DNA of 64,000 bases, from the NCBI GenBank assembly GCA_012295275.1, contig CM022671.1, positions 26,536,001-26,600,000 of the forward strand, given 5' to 3'. Below are positions 1 to 14,415 of this stretch, piece by piece (the stretch's first letter is position 1; the number at the start of each line of letters is the position of its first letter). This stretch comes from Chrysomallon squamiferum. Taxonomy: Eukaryota > Animalia > Mollusca. A program made the translations under genes and the position numbers. The notes beneath the pieces are model-generated. The model was given only the letters and a program-made list of their open reading frames with translations, did no database searches and had not been told where the DNA came from.

Positions 1-677
1 AGTGTTGGAAAGTTGGCTAAGGAAAAATTCATACTGTTATTCCAAAGTATGGCAGAATGGCAGATTTATTATTGAAAAGATATTAATGTTACATGACATT
101 ATACATTATGTTGTCATCTTTAATAACACGTAATGTTGCTGTTTGTTGCATAAAGTGTATTTTTTTGTGATACGAAGAAATAATCTAAATATATTCTGCA
201 TGCTTCCATGTTATGCTTTATTCGGTTTTTGCCATCCAATTTTATTTAATAACGAAATAAAATAACAAAAGACTACAGTTAAAAAGAACCCGTTTTGTCG
301 CCTTAAAAAAAAAGGTGTCGGCGGAAAAAAGCACAGTAACCAGCGCACTCTACACATAATGACGTTATACCCCCAGCTGTAAACTGGTAAATCGGTTAAT
401 AACGATTATAAATCACGTAGAACAAATAAAACGATAATATAGAAGTATAAAGATGTATTTATTCACTTATTTATTTATTATTATTATTGTTATTTTTATT
501 CTGATGATTCATTCGTTGCACCCGTTCAAACCTTTGTAACAGTATAATTAGAGAGAAGAGAGCAGTACCTGTAAATGGTCTAATGAAATTCTTTAAGCTT
601 AAGATTTACCGTTTGTTTCATTATTTATTTTATTATTATTAGTATTATTATTATTTTATTTTTATTAGTATTATTAA

Positions 678-735
<58 letters not shown>

Positions 736-1308
736 TTATTTGTGGAGGCGATGGTGATTTTATCTATCCTTCAAGGCGGACATACATTATTATTATTTTT
801 TTTTTTTCATACAGCTCTGGAAAAAACTCTATAAAATTTCCTTCTTAACATTTGCCACCGACTGAGTTAGTCTTAGAGTTTTATCCAAGGTGAATAATAT
901 TTTATGCCCCTAACACTCCCTAAATTTGCCATTATTACTAGCTGTAAATGACGTCTCCGGTTCCAATTACCTATCCCAGTTTTCAATGCGCTAAGGTCAT
1001 TGTGCTTCTTCCGTACGTGGTGCTTGTAATTACAGCTAGTGGTGCATGCCTGCAAGTTTCTAGTTCGTAAAACTCCGTCAGTATTAGATAACTGATATTA
1101 ATAATCAGATGAGTAATACAGTTTGTTATATGTTGTTTAAAATAAAACTGTAACTTTCTCAAATTATCGTTATCACCTGACTTGCGAAGAAAAGTATAGA
1201 ATTTATATCGTTGAGTACTGGGGTTAAAAATTAAAACAAGTTTTACGGAGACTCAGAAAAAAGAGTCATAAACAGAGAGGGACAGACAGTCAGAGAGACA
1301 CGCACGCT

Positions 1309-1311
1309 ACA

Positions 1312-1389
<78 letters not shown>
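1309..1389. repeat. (CA)n(GA)n compound microsatellite
   Basis: Directly visible. Confidence 0.95.
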
Positions 1390-1391
<2 letters not shown>

Positions 1392-1717
1392 CTTCCTTGT
1401 TTCTCTTTTTTTTTATTGTTATTATTTTTATTTATTTATTTATTTTTTTATTTATTTATTTATTTATTTATTTTTTTTTATTTTTATATTTATTTATTTA
1501 TTTATTTATTTTCATTTTATTTTATTTTATTTTTATTCTTGCTATTACTATTCATGAATTTATTGTTGTTTAACTAAGGATAATGGATCCAGGAACTCTT
1601 TGAACATAAAAATAAACCAATCACTTGACTATAATTTTCTGTTATTTTAACTTTACACATGTTAAGTTATGACTTTATTTCAAGTTTTATCCACAGAATT
1701 ATTATTATTATTATTAC

Positions 1718-1759
<42 letters not shown>

Positions 1760-3007
1760 ATTCAGAACGGAGATATTTTTGCCTAACACCCTAAAATCGC
1801 AAAGCAACCATTTCATCAATTAAAAACAGGAGACGATGTCTTGGTGAGCCCAGGGTGGGGGGGGTCACGAGACAGGTGAGTTTTTATTCTTGATTTGTAT
1901 GTACTGGGGGAGGATCTCTATTTTCAATTCAAACAAATGGTCGAGCAAAAGATTTTAGCAAATAAACAATCCCTTTTTAAGAAATCCTCGTTCAGCTGTA
2001 TGAAATGTGTGACTCGCAAAATGAACGTACGTTTACTTACAAAATCGCGTTCATAGAAATTGTGTAAAAAAAAGAAAACGGGTTAAGGAGCGAATGCTAT
2101 TCTCATATATTTGCGATTTTTGTTTTGTTCTATTCGTTTCATACACGATGAATCTTTCTTCTTTGAACAACACATCAAAAGTGAATAAAATGTGGACTAT
2201 TCACCCGAGATACTGTTTGTACAGCAGTCACGAGCAAATAGAGGATTTTATTTTATTTTTATTTTTATTTTTTTCTGACAGTTCAGAATCTTTTTTTTTT
2301 AAAAAAAATAATAAATTAAAAATTCTTAACTAAACATATATTTTTAATATTCATCATGATGTTGCATTTTCAATAGATCATTTGTATTAATTTAATACAT
2401 CTTTTTTTTTTTTCATTTTTTTTTTTCAATAGGACATATGCAGCTTATTTTACTGTTTTGACTTATATTACACCTATCGTGTCTTCTGTAACGTAAATAA
2501 CATATCTTCTGTTAAATCTACCGTCACTGCAGCTACAACTTTAAAGAATTACATTCTCGCTTTTTGACTAATGAACAGATGACAGAAAGTATAATAACAG
2601 CTGTGATTAACATAGTGTCCAATCTTGTTCTGATCTCTTCACAGCAGTGTTGTGGGAGAGACAGACAAATCGCAACTGAAACGTTATTGGTTTACGTAAG
2701 TGTACCAAGTGGTCTTTTAGTTTTAATTATAATATATGTGACACATAGGTAATTCAGTAAATGTCGCAGTTTCAACAAAAAAAAAAGAAGAAAAAAATGT
2801 TTTTTTCCATCACAGGCCGTTGTATTTAATCTACTGTCTGTGAGAAGGTGTATAAGAAAAATACATTGCTGCTAAACGAAAGATCCTGAACTGGGGGCCA
2901 TGTTTGTTTGTTTTTTGGTGGGGGTTTTTCTCCTCTTTTTTTGTACTTTTTTTGTTCTTGAGTTTAATTATTAATAATTTAATATGATAAATGTTTCTTT
3001 ATGCATT

Positions 3008-3010
<3 letters not shown>

Positions 3011-3080
<70 letters not shown>
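3011..3080. repeat. (CT)n microsatellite
   Basis: Directly visible. Confidence 0.95.
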
Positions 3081-3085
<5 letters not shown>

Positions 3086-4222
3086 GTCTGTCTCTCTAAC
3101 ACACATTATTATTATTTTTGAAAAATATCAATCAGGAAATTGTTTGTTTCTCTGTATTTTTTTTGTCTTTGGGGTTGCTGTTTTTTCCCTTTTCTCTTTT
3201 TTGTGCAGGTGGTCCTTCTATTGTAAGATTAAATCATTACTTTTATTTTGTTGTATATGTTTTATCTTCTTCTTCTCCTGTTGTTTGGAGTGTTTTTTTT
3301 TTTTTTTGGAGAGGGGTTTGTTGGGTTTTTTTGTTGTTTTTTTTTGACAAAAAGAACAAAATAATATTCTTTCAAATTTTAAATTTTTCCCAAACTGCTA
3401 AAAAAAAGAATTTATACTTTATTCGAGTGGGAAAATTTACAGCTTTACTTTTAAAGCATTTTTTTTTTTTTTTTTTTTTTTTTTTACTAAATGAAAACCT
3501 TATAAACCAGCAAAGTAAAAAAGTTAAGTGCATTCTTTCAGATGTTTCACATGTATATCATTTTATCAATAGAGCTCTAAAGACAGGCTAATTCTGGGTG
3601 CTGCTTATTTCAAATTATAAATCAAACAACACATGTATAGTATAACCGTCCACCTTTTCTGTTTATTCATTAACAGCACACCTGAGTGTAACGCTATACG
3701 TTTGCCTGTAAGGTAATACAAAGGTACGCATGCATATAGATTTAGCACAGCTAGTGTTTTAAGTGTCCCTATCCTCGTTCCCTAACACGGAGTCAAGTGC
3801 AAATTCATGACTACTTTTTCTAATAAATTCTCCGCAGTTTGCGTTTCAATTTATATATTACACCGTCAGGTGAGTTGTTATTTGTTGTTCTTATTTTTAT
3901 CGGTGTTTTTAATTTTTGTTATTCTTATGTCATTATGATCTAGTACATACATACATTCACGCGCATAGACACATACAGACACAGAGTACAATGTCGCCAA
4001 AATAATTTTTTTTTTTTTTTTTTCCATTTTGAGTTTGTAAAAAAAATATTGAAAGTCAAACTTATAAATAAAGCTTACATTAAGTGCAGTTTAAAAAGAC
4101 TGGGAAAGTGAAGAAAAGTTCTGTTAACGTTACTTCGTGAAAATGCACCAATTAGTTTGATTTAGGGCAGTCCTTGTTGGCAGCATTTTAGTTTGTGGTT
4201 GTATCTTTGTTGTGTAGGTTTA

Positions 4223-4227
<5 letters not shown>

Positions 4228-4257
<30 letters not shown>

Positions 4258-4450
4258 CAGAATTTGAATATGCTCTCTCTTATGTCCGTCTGATTAGACT
4301 CTGCACTTAGACAATATCCGGGAACACACTGGTGCAAGAGGACAAAGTCCAATCACGACCTCACAAACCTGTCAGAAGCCGCTGACGAGACTCGAATGTA
4401 TGACGCCCATTATAACGCACTCCTAAGGCGAACAAACTTACCGTTGGGCG
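4228..4450 (-). mobile_element. tRNA-derived SINE-like element, copy B, with (CA)n tail
   Basis: Reverse complement reads TTCGAGTCTCGTCAGCGGCTTCTGAC...TTTGTCCTCTTGCACCAGTGTGTTCCCGGATATTGTCTAAGTGCAGAGTCTAATCAGACGGACATAA, versus copy A TTCGAGTCTTGTCGTCGGCATCTGAC.TTTGTCCTCCTGTACCAGAGTCTTCGCAAATACTGTCTATGTTCAGAGTGTATTCAGACAAACATAA. The (TG)n at 4228-4254 would be its tail. Confidence 0.65.
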
Positions 4451-5199
4451 CGTGTGTGTGTGTGTTGTAAGATAGTAAAGCATCTGTATTACTGAAAAGT
4501 GTAGTTATACTTTAACACTGTTTATGTTAATAGTCTGGCTTTACTGGAAAGAAATAACCATGTGCACAAAAAACAATATATTCTTTGTTTATCTTTGATT
4601 TAATCAACAGATATTCACTACATGAGATTATCACCGAACTTACTTGTGCTACTGTAAATCATCATTCTATAAACAATCAGATGAGAAAAAAAAAAAAAAT
4701 AATAATAATAAAATTAAAATGTTATTATATGTTGAATAAGATTAAAACGAAAAAAAACTTTTTTCAACGTTCTTGTTATGTTTAAAATATTAATTAATTT
4801 TTGTAGTCGTTTAAATTATTTCAATGTATTAAAATGCAGTTTCTGTGCGTATTTCTAAACTGTACACATATTTTCTGTCAGTATTATACAGTCGAGAACT
4901 TACTTCTCTTTACATAATACAAAAATATAGACAAAAAAATAAAATAAATAAAATAAAATAAAATGAAAATAACAAATATTTTTCTTAGCCAAAAAACCCC
5001 CCAGTTTTTAAAAACAAATGTTGATCAGTTTAGTATAAAAATATTTTCATTCGCTAAGAACGTCATATGTGGTTTCTTGTTTCGGTTTATCAAAATTACA
5101 TTAGTGACTTCAGTGTTGTAGTCGACACAACTCTTTCAAAACTGAATGACTGACTCATTATAACGGAAAAGCAGATCGGTAAACATTAAGAAAAAAAAA

Positions 5200-5235
<36 letters not shown>

Positions 5236-6944
5236 TAATGGGCGTACCCCGCACGCAGATACCTATGCTCCGCTTACTGTTACGGATTTAGAATGTTTAA
5301 TATCTTGCGAATTCATGGCTATTAATAAAGAAAAAAGAAATTAAAATGGAAAGTTAAAAGAAAAAAGAAAGGTGTGAAGTAAAGAAAGCTTTAATGAAAT
5401 CGACATGCTTTAAAGGAAGAGGGACAGAAAGAATCAAAATCAGAATATAAAAAAAAATGAAACTGAGCTGGAATAAAATAAGAAAATAGAAGAAGAACTA
5501 AAGGAAGAAAGAAAGAAAGAAAGAAAAAGAAAACATTTCTGAAAAAAGCCATATGTTCAAAAATGGAGATCCGGCTTCTTCTTTTTACTTTCTTTTTTTT
5601 TCTTCACCCTAGGTTTTAACTACAAAAATAAATTTAAAATTATAAGACTTATGTGGACTGACGATGTAATTACGTCGAAACAGAAGGTTAGCATCTGGAC
5701 TGTCCGCAGTGCAGCGAATAACGGAGCGTAACAAACTGATAAAAACCAGCGACGATTTGATACAGCCAATGGTAAGTCGACATTCTAACGTTGGAGAGAG
5801 TAGGCGAGCTTTGTGTACATTTCAGCATCGCAGTATCAAGTATCTGATGTATTTATTTTCTTTGTGGAAAGAACTAGTCTAGAAGCTGGATAAACATTTC
5901 ATTACTGGCACATCATGCGTCCATATTTCATTACCAGTCGTGTCAGTACCCGATCGCTGGAGAAATACACTGCACGTGCAACATTCGTTTAATGTTGCCT
6001 CGTTTTGGCGCTGGCAGTGTCGATAATTGGCGCTGATAATTAGTTGCATCTAGGAAAGCGCGAGTTTAATTTGAGAAAGTAGATATCTACAGCTGTTGAT
6101 TCCTTAATTATTTTCTGCCTAGCACTAACACGGCCATTTTAATGACGGAGTAGATGATATACGGACGCGTCTTCACATCCACGTGTGTGTATGAACAGAA
6201 ACTGGTGCATATGAAAAAAGAAAAATGTTTACATATATAAACATTAAGCTGACACATTCAGATAAATATCCATAAAATATACATGCATTCATGCACACAT
6301 ACATTCAAACACCCACACACACTTGAACAGACTTGCGGACTTAGATTTTAGCGTGAACTGTTGTAGGAGCCCTTCTTCATTATAACTGTAATCACCAGTG
6401 TAATTAGGCTATAATATAGTAGTTATTCACCTTTAAACGCTCCTATCCTATGTACCAACTGAACTTAAAACAGTGGGAACTATAGTCGCATGGAAAAGTT
6501 TTAACCTTCACTAGATTCGCCCCTGCACACACATACACACACGCAAATTTATATATGCGTCTTTTGCCGCTAAGAATAATACGAAATTTCGAAAGAAATA
6601 AAGTCTGAAACGCTGCCATACAGGCTGCCGAGAGAATATACCCACTTAATTACAGCACTAGATTCATAATTGGCAATTTTTATTTTCTTCTTCGACAAAT
6701 TGAGCTGATCAAGTGACGATCATCTCTCCAATAACACACAAATAAACAAATATATCATGAAATAACAAATTAGACGCCGAATGCTGGCCGACTGCCAAAG
6801 TTTAATGAAAAAGTCGACTTTTCAAAAACTCTTCAAAGCGTCGTGTTCACAGGTGTAAAAACGTTTACTCAGGTGGGGAGCCGATAGCCTGACGCCATAC
6901 AGCCTCATTACCTGGCGGAGGGTTACACCGGATGCGGTTATGGA

Positions 6945-6958
6945 ACGCCATCTAGCGG
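6945..6958 (-). promoter_or_regulatory. CTCF-like motif
   Basis: Minus strand CCGCTAGATGGCGT resembles the CTCF core CC(A/G)(C/G)(C/T)AG(A/G)(G/T)GGCG, inside a CpG-rich island. Confidence 0.45.
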
Positions 6959-9900
6959 GGCGCTAACTCTTTGCACCGCATCGGTACGATGAACGCGTAA
7001 TGCGAAGTCCAGGCGAGGACTGTTTTCCCCGTGTGTGTGTCGTGCAGTTTAAAAAGCAATATTTAACAACAGACGAGAGTCGTTAATTCAAAGCTAACAA
7101 CTATCATAGCGCACGGTTTACTGAGTCCATGTTTGATCTTTAACTACTTCGTCGTTATTTCCTGCGAGTAAACACGAAATTAATGAAATTACAACGCCAC
7201 CTGACAAATGGTAAATTATCGGCTGTTAGCTAACATCCATATATAACATAATAAACGGAAATTTTTTAGTTATCCCATTAGCGATTCGTAACTAATTGTT
7301 TAGTACTCAAGCGAGCTGCATTGTCATATAAAGCCGACTAACAAGTCACTGATAAATTGGTTTGATATTTACAATAAGATAATAACTACTTGATTAACAG
7401 TACTTCAATACATTTTTGAATTAGTGGTTTTTTTGATGTAACTCATATTATTATTATATATATATATATATATTATGATTTATAAAATGATTCAAACCCT
7501 CTTTCGCATAATAATTATTATATTACTGCATATGTACTGTCAGAATGTAGTAGAAAAATAAAAAGAAACGATAAAAAATTGGAACAAAGACAAATCTTAA
7601 TACAGCAGTACACAAAAAAATATTTATATTACTTTATATTCAGAATGCATTAATGTCTGACCACTACACATTTGATTTTGAAATTTGTCGTTGAACTTAA
7701 ACATGTTAAACTAATACAGTGATTTTCAGTGTAAATTGTATTTGTTTTTTATCAATTTATTTATTTATTTGGTTAGTTGGATACTGACTTTCATTAGAAA
7801 TTGTTTAAATGTTTTAATGATTTAAGCCGGCGCGCGTGCTCCTATACACACACACTGACGTTATACATACATTCAGTACAAGCCTATCATACATTAAATG
7901 TACATACAAACGTACGTATGCATACGAAAAAAAAAAATATTTATATATAATTCAAGTAGTTTTATTTTGTTTTCTCATTACGTAGCGTTTGTTAAAATGA
8001 TTTTCTTAACTTTGCACGTGTTCAGTGTTTCTTTTTTTTTTCTAAATACATCTTCTTAGCTAACAGGATGCTGAATTCGTGCTTCGTCTCTAGTGTGACA
8101 GTCTACCGACAAATGCAGAGTTTAATCACTCTAATCCTGGCCCTACACGTACAAGAGCACATGTCTTTTTTTCATTATTTAGATGTAACACCCAAATCGT
8201 GTCAGATAATGCGAAACAAAGTAAGCGAATTTTGAAAACATCATGTTTGGAATTTTGTAAGTTACGGTTTTCCAGAAGAAAAAAAACGTTTTTGTTTGTT
8301 TCCGTTTTCTTTTTAACTTTTATGTATTTGTTTACACCTCTCTCTCTTTTTTTTTTTTTTTTTTTTTTTTGTCTTATTTTTCTTTGTTCATCATTTTTTT
8401 TTTTTTTTTAAATTCATTTGCGATTGTTTGTTTGTTTGTTTGTGTTTTAATCCTCTTTTTTGTTCTATCTTAAAGGGACAATGAATGTGTGAACGTCTAC
8501 AAACAGATATAAATCTTTTAAAGTGACTGGAGAGAACTTATAAATTCACAGGTGCGATTTCAGTGGTTTTTTTCTTTTTTTTTCTTTTTTTTTTAAATTA
8601 TTTATTTCTATAAATATTTATTTATTTAATTGGTGCTTCTTCTCTCTCCTTTTTGGGGGAATTTTTCATTTTTATGATACTCTCTCACCCTCTGACTCTC
8701 TGTCTGTCCGTCTCTCTGTCTCTGTCGCTATCTGTCTGTCTGTCTGTCAGTTTATCTCTCTCAGTATATCTGTTTGTCTGTCTCTTTTTATCTGTCCGTC
8801 TCTCTGCCAATCTGTCCTCTCAGTCTCTCTGTGTGTATATGTTTCAGTACTTGTCAAAAAACCCACTGGCAGACAGATTCCTCACATGTTATGAAATAAA
8901 TACCAAGTTTATAGTGTTCTGTGTCACACTGACCGTGCATCTATAAACCAACCGATAACATTAACTTTTATCGTGGTGCTTCGTTCACAAACCTACTAAA
9001 CTGATTTTAAAAACTGGGTTTAATGCGTGGAAAATAAAACTAAAACATCCGTAGATAGTTCTTCTTGAAAAACACATGTTTCTTTGATACACTGTTCATT
9101 CCAGTGGTAGTTGCATTTTGTTTTTAGTCTATCATCATCATCATCATCATCGTCTTCGAACCGTCACCATCATCATCATCATCACCGTTGTTATTTAATG
9201 GAAGATAAAGAATATTGGATCCGTCAATTAATAAATTCCAGTTTATATATAAACAAAATTTGAGGACATTTATTATTGTTGTTCTTGTTGTTTTATATTT
9301 TTTTATTTTAGTGTAATTGGTTTGGTTGGGTTTCATTCCTAATTGTAGATGTTGTCTTATCTAAAAGCAACATGCACGCTAAAACACAAAAGTTCTGAGA
9401 TCGATTTACCGCGCTGATACTTACACAAGACATTATTTACCCCGCCGCTTGAAAACATTTGTATACCTGTCCCGTAAAATTATTTAAAAGATTACTTGCC
9501 ACTAATTGGTAACTGAGCAAAATGTACCACCTGGTTTCTTATCTAAATTCTAGCTGGAAATACCAGATATTTCCCATTTGTTACGTTCCTAAATTAGACG
9601 AGTTTCCTTCTACGCAATAACAATTTCTTTTTAACCTCAGTTTTTTTTTGTTTTAGATCTAAGAAACACATTTTATATAACGATTCCTCACTTTTATCTT
9701 GCACGCCATTCTGTTGTTATCGTTGTTTACTCAAGAACGTTTTAAAGTGATGACGACAAGGAAGAAACGGGTCTTGTGAAAACAACATTACGCGAGGAGC
9801 TGTGGGTAATTTCTGTCACGCTTTCGTCACAGAAGCGTCAAGCACGCCTGTCGTGGGTACGACCTCTGACCTGGGCAAGGCGTTCTGTAGGAAAGAAGGG

Positions 9901-10308
9901 GCTGCGTTAAAACTGATTAAAACAGCAAACAAAGCTGCAGGTGAGGTGAAGATTAACGCGCATAAATTACGCGACGGTCTGAAAATCACAGAGGATGGAT
10001 GGTCTTGTCACATGTAGGACGTTTTCCTCTCTCGCTGACTGCTGAATTCTGATGACTCCTAAGAGAGTCTGTCGACGCGGCGCGCTACGTCTTAATTCGG
10101 TGCTGCGATCATTAGCATATATATTAGCACCCACTTGTTACAACTGAGCTCCTCCCAACACGAACTCTCGACCATCATGGACAATGATTGCCGAGATGAA
10201 CTTCCACAGTTTAAGAAGGATTTCCCTCTTTCCTTTTGTAAAGATCACACAGGCTTAGTGCTAAAGAGAAGAATGTTGGATCCTTAAGTGAATAAATTTT
10301 AACTACGA

Positions 10309-10346
<38 letters not shown>

Positions 10347-10823
10347 TGATTTTAATTGGTTCCGTATCATCTTGAGCCGATCTGAAAGAAAGACACTCGG
10401 CTCGCCATCTTGTGTTTGGCAATTTATTTTATTTTCATTCGTATTCAAGTGGGATTGGTCAAATATTTGTGCTCGGGCTCGGGTACAGGTTAAATGTCGT
10501 GTTAAGAAAAACTGTTCGACGCTTCCTTGAATATAGAAGTGGCGTGATATTCCAGACACAAGACACATCACATTTTGGGGCGTATACTTGTTGGTTTTTT
10601 TTTTTTAAATTCAGTGTCTAAATACAGTAATAAAATAAAGAAGAAAAAAAAAAAATTTAAAATATTTTTTGGGGTTATGTGATGTTCCTGTGTGTATTAA
10701 GAAAACAAAAATAACAATAATAATGAAGCTGGTGGTTTTATTTTTTTTTTTTTCTTCTTCTTTTCACTTTATTTTTACGAATTATATTTCTACAGATCTT
10801 CTTCTCTCCCTTGTTTTCAATCA

Positions 10824-10827
<4 letters not shown>

Positions 10828-10890
<63 letters not shown>
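10828..10890. repeat. (CA)n(TA)n microsatellite
   Basis: Directly visible. Confidence 0.95.
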
Positions 10891-10891
<1 letters not shown>

Positions 10892-11390
10892 GTTCGTAAA
10901 TTATTTTTTTCATTTTTAAGTTATTATTAAAAGTAGTAGTGGTAGAATTAGTAGTAGTAATATTTTCTCTCTATACTTTTTCTTAAACTATTATAGTTTC
11001 AAAGAAGAATATCTTGAAATCAAAAAATATAATTTCATATCCTTTACAAACAGTTTTTAGATATAATCCATCTCAGTCAATTGAAAAAATAGCATCATTT
11101 ACCATATAAGCAAGTTGTAATATCGTTTTCTGTAATGCGATTTTTGTTTTAGAGAAATTATTTAAATTTAGATGAAGAAAAAATGAACGTAATTGTTTTT
11201 GAATTTATATCGAAGCCAGATACTAGAAGAAGAAAATAAATAACCGAAAACCCCGCCAAAAAAACAATAAAACTCATCTCCTTTACCTTACTGATAGGAA
11301 ACGATTATATACCACTTTGATAAAAAAAAATAATAATAATGTTAAAATAAAAATAAATAAATAAATAAATATTGACTATTTATTTTATAT

Positions 11391-11433
<43 letters not shown>

Positions 11434-11637
11434 CTTTTTCTTTCTTTCTTTCTTAATTTTTTCTTTTTCTTTCTTTATTTTTTCCCAGCCATTTTTAATA
11501 TCTGAATAAATAACCATAAAAATTTGGTGTGTTTATGTGGTGTTTAAATAAAACTAACCATGAATTCACAAAAAAAAAAAAAAAAAAAAAAAAAACAAAG
11601 AAAAAAAAAAAAAAAAAAAAAAAAAAGAAAAGTAAAG

Positions 11638-11673
<36 letters not shown>

Positions 11674-11997
11674 GAAAAGAAAAAAGAAAAGAAAGAAAAG
11701 AAAAAGAAGAAAAAACGAAATTAGCTTTTTGGAAAGTAATATTTTATCTCATACTATTTCCGGTCAGCCATGTTGCTGAAAACGATCGAGAAGGAAATAA
11801 AATAGGATTAGTGTCAAAACGACAGTCGTTGATTGAATTGTGTAATACGTACACCGTCGGCACAAAAGTATTATGAGTGATTTTACACCTAGATCGATTC
11901 TTTAAGATTATTCTGAACAAAAGTTTTCGCGTTATTTGTTTAATGACACTGTATGGCGGAAAACCAGAAGAATCCTGATTCATTTAATTTTATTACG

Positions 11998-12048
<51 letters not shown>

Positions 12049-12347
12049 TTAATTTAAAACAAAATTACGCTCATAACTGAATGTTAGGACAATGTATAAT
12101 CATATATTCTAATATCTGGAAGAGAAATGATCCTTGTTACAAATAATAATAATAATAATAAAAATTTAAGAAAAATAAATCTTAAAATGTGTTGGGTAGA
12201 AACTATTTTAACAATATTCAGATTCAACCAATCAACGATTATAAACGTGCAACATTATATTAATGCATTCGATAGTTTCTATATTCAGTATTAAATTAAT
12301 CACCAAAGAATGAAGGAAAGGCAATCAAGATTCGATATGCTTTTCAT

Positions 12348-12357
<10 letters not shown>

Positions 12358-12411
<54 letters not shown>

Positions 12412-12427
12412 GAATTTGTGAACAGAC

Positions 12428-12505
<78 letters not shown>
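12358..12505. repeat. (TG)n and (GA)n microsatellites
   Basis: (TG)n 12358-12409 and (GA)n 12433-12505. Confidence 0.95.
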
Positions 12506-12508
<3 letters not shown>

Positions 12509-13974
12509 CACTTATCTCTGTCATCACGGATTTTATGTTTCAATCGCTTTATCAAAAACCGCTAAGATTTAATTATTATGAAGAATCAGTGAAAAAAGAA
12601 TATTTTACTTTCTCTTCAGATACATTGCAGCGTAAAGCTGTAAACACTGACCCCCAGCAGACCCACCAAGACCACCCGACCCACCCCGCTCGGAAGTAAA
12701 GAACAGGGCGTCGCGCGGGTTACAAAACAGAGCTTTCTTGTATCGCTGAAACCCGGGGAGATTGTGCTCTTTGTTGTGACAATCTGGTATTTTCTTTAGT
12801 CTGCGCCGCCATTAAGAATGTGGTATGCTCCGGCACGCATTGTGTAAACACAGGGTAACACTTCACACCATGAAAATAAAGATACGAGTTTTTCTGACGC
12901 CTCAATTCAATTGACAAAAGAATATCCACAACACGGTTTCTTTTCACCGCTTGTAACAAGTTCAGATTGCCAGTTTTCACTCCATACCTTGATCTGTATG
13001 TGTTATATACGTTATTCCGCATACCTATGGCAATATACACGGCCATCGCTATTCAAAATGTTTAAGATACCCATTATTTATTGAAAATGTACGGGAAAGT
13101 TTTTTTTGGATATTTCTTCGATTTTATTGCTATTAGATTAAAAAAAAAAAAAAAAAAAAAAAAATCATATATATTTAATTATATATTCATATGTAGACAT
13201 ACATAAACAAATCGGCAACAAATATTTATTACTTTATTTATTGTTGGCACTTTATGCTTATTGACGGTCATACTGGTTAAGAACTTCTTATACAGTTTTT
13301 ACTGCTGTATGATTATTAGCTTTATATAAAAAATTATTATTCAGATACACACAAAAAATTTACAAGGAAAAAGTCAATATTCGAACATTTGTTATTTAGT
13401 AGGTAAATGTTTCTATCTGGAGATTTTACATTTTTGTTTAAATATTTAAGTAGGTATTAGTATTCATAGCAGTGCACACAAACACACAATCCATTACATA
13501 ATGGAATTTAAAATAATTTAAGAATTAACATCAAGAGCAACAACAACAGTTATTAATCTGAATTAAAAAGCAGATTCTAAAAAAATTAAATATTTTTTTT
13601 ATCTGATCTGGTTACATCTGACTCTTTGGATCCCATAGTAATGTGCCCCTGATATCTACTGGACAATCACACATTAATTCCCAGAGCTGTAAGATCGAAA
13701 AAAAAAAAATATATATATAATTAATTCTGTGAAATATTTGAAAAAGGAACAACAGTTCAGCTTACAGTTAAATATATTTAAATTAATCATATATCAAGAG
13801 ATGAGCGCTAATGAAAAAGTCATACATCCAGACGTTATTTATGGCACTAAGTTAGTTTAATTTGAACCATGGCAAAGAAATAGCTTAGATCGTATCAAAT
13901 ATGTATTTTGCCGGGCATATTTCAATTGCATCAAAACATGGTTTTTAATATATGAAATATGTTGTTGCCTCGTA

Positions 13975-14415
13975 ATGCTAATGATTGTCGTCGTCGTTGT
14001 AGCTGAAACGGCAGAAACAAGAGCAGAACGGTTAACAGTAATGGTGACGCTGATTCTGATGGTAGTAGTAGTAGTGGTAGAGATAGGACGAAATTACAAC
14101 CGCAACAGTAGTATTAGACGTGATGGAGGTAGTTATAGTTACGGAGGAAGTAGTTTTTGAGATAATACTACTAGCAGTGATAGTATTAGCAATGGTATCT
14201 GTTGTTCTAGTGGTAGTGGTGGTTTTCGAGATACTGTCTACAGTAATATTAGTATTACCAGCTGTTGTTGTAATAATAAGTGTATAATGCATAGTAGTGA
14301 TACTGTTTGTAGTAATGGTAATAGTAATCCTAGTAGTGCGGTACTGATCCCCGTAGTTATATTACTACTAAAATAACTAGTGGTAACAGCAGTATTAATA
14401 ACTGTTGTAGTAGCT
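13975..14415. repeat. Degenerate (GTA/TAG)n trinucleotide low-complexity tract
   Basis: 3-nt periodic gtagta/gtggta/gtaata runs; they generate spurious poly-V and poly-T ORFs. Confidence 0.75.

Noticed and set aside
885-6445. Weak inverted similarity between ~885-950 and ~6370-6435 (shared AAGGTGAATAA)
   Set aside because: Too short and gapped to support a repeat call by eye.
9802-10017. 71-aa ORF in a GC-rich island
   Set aside because: GTG start, no recognisable domain and no partner exons; more likely non-coding island sequence.
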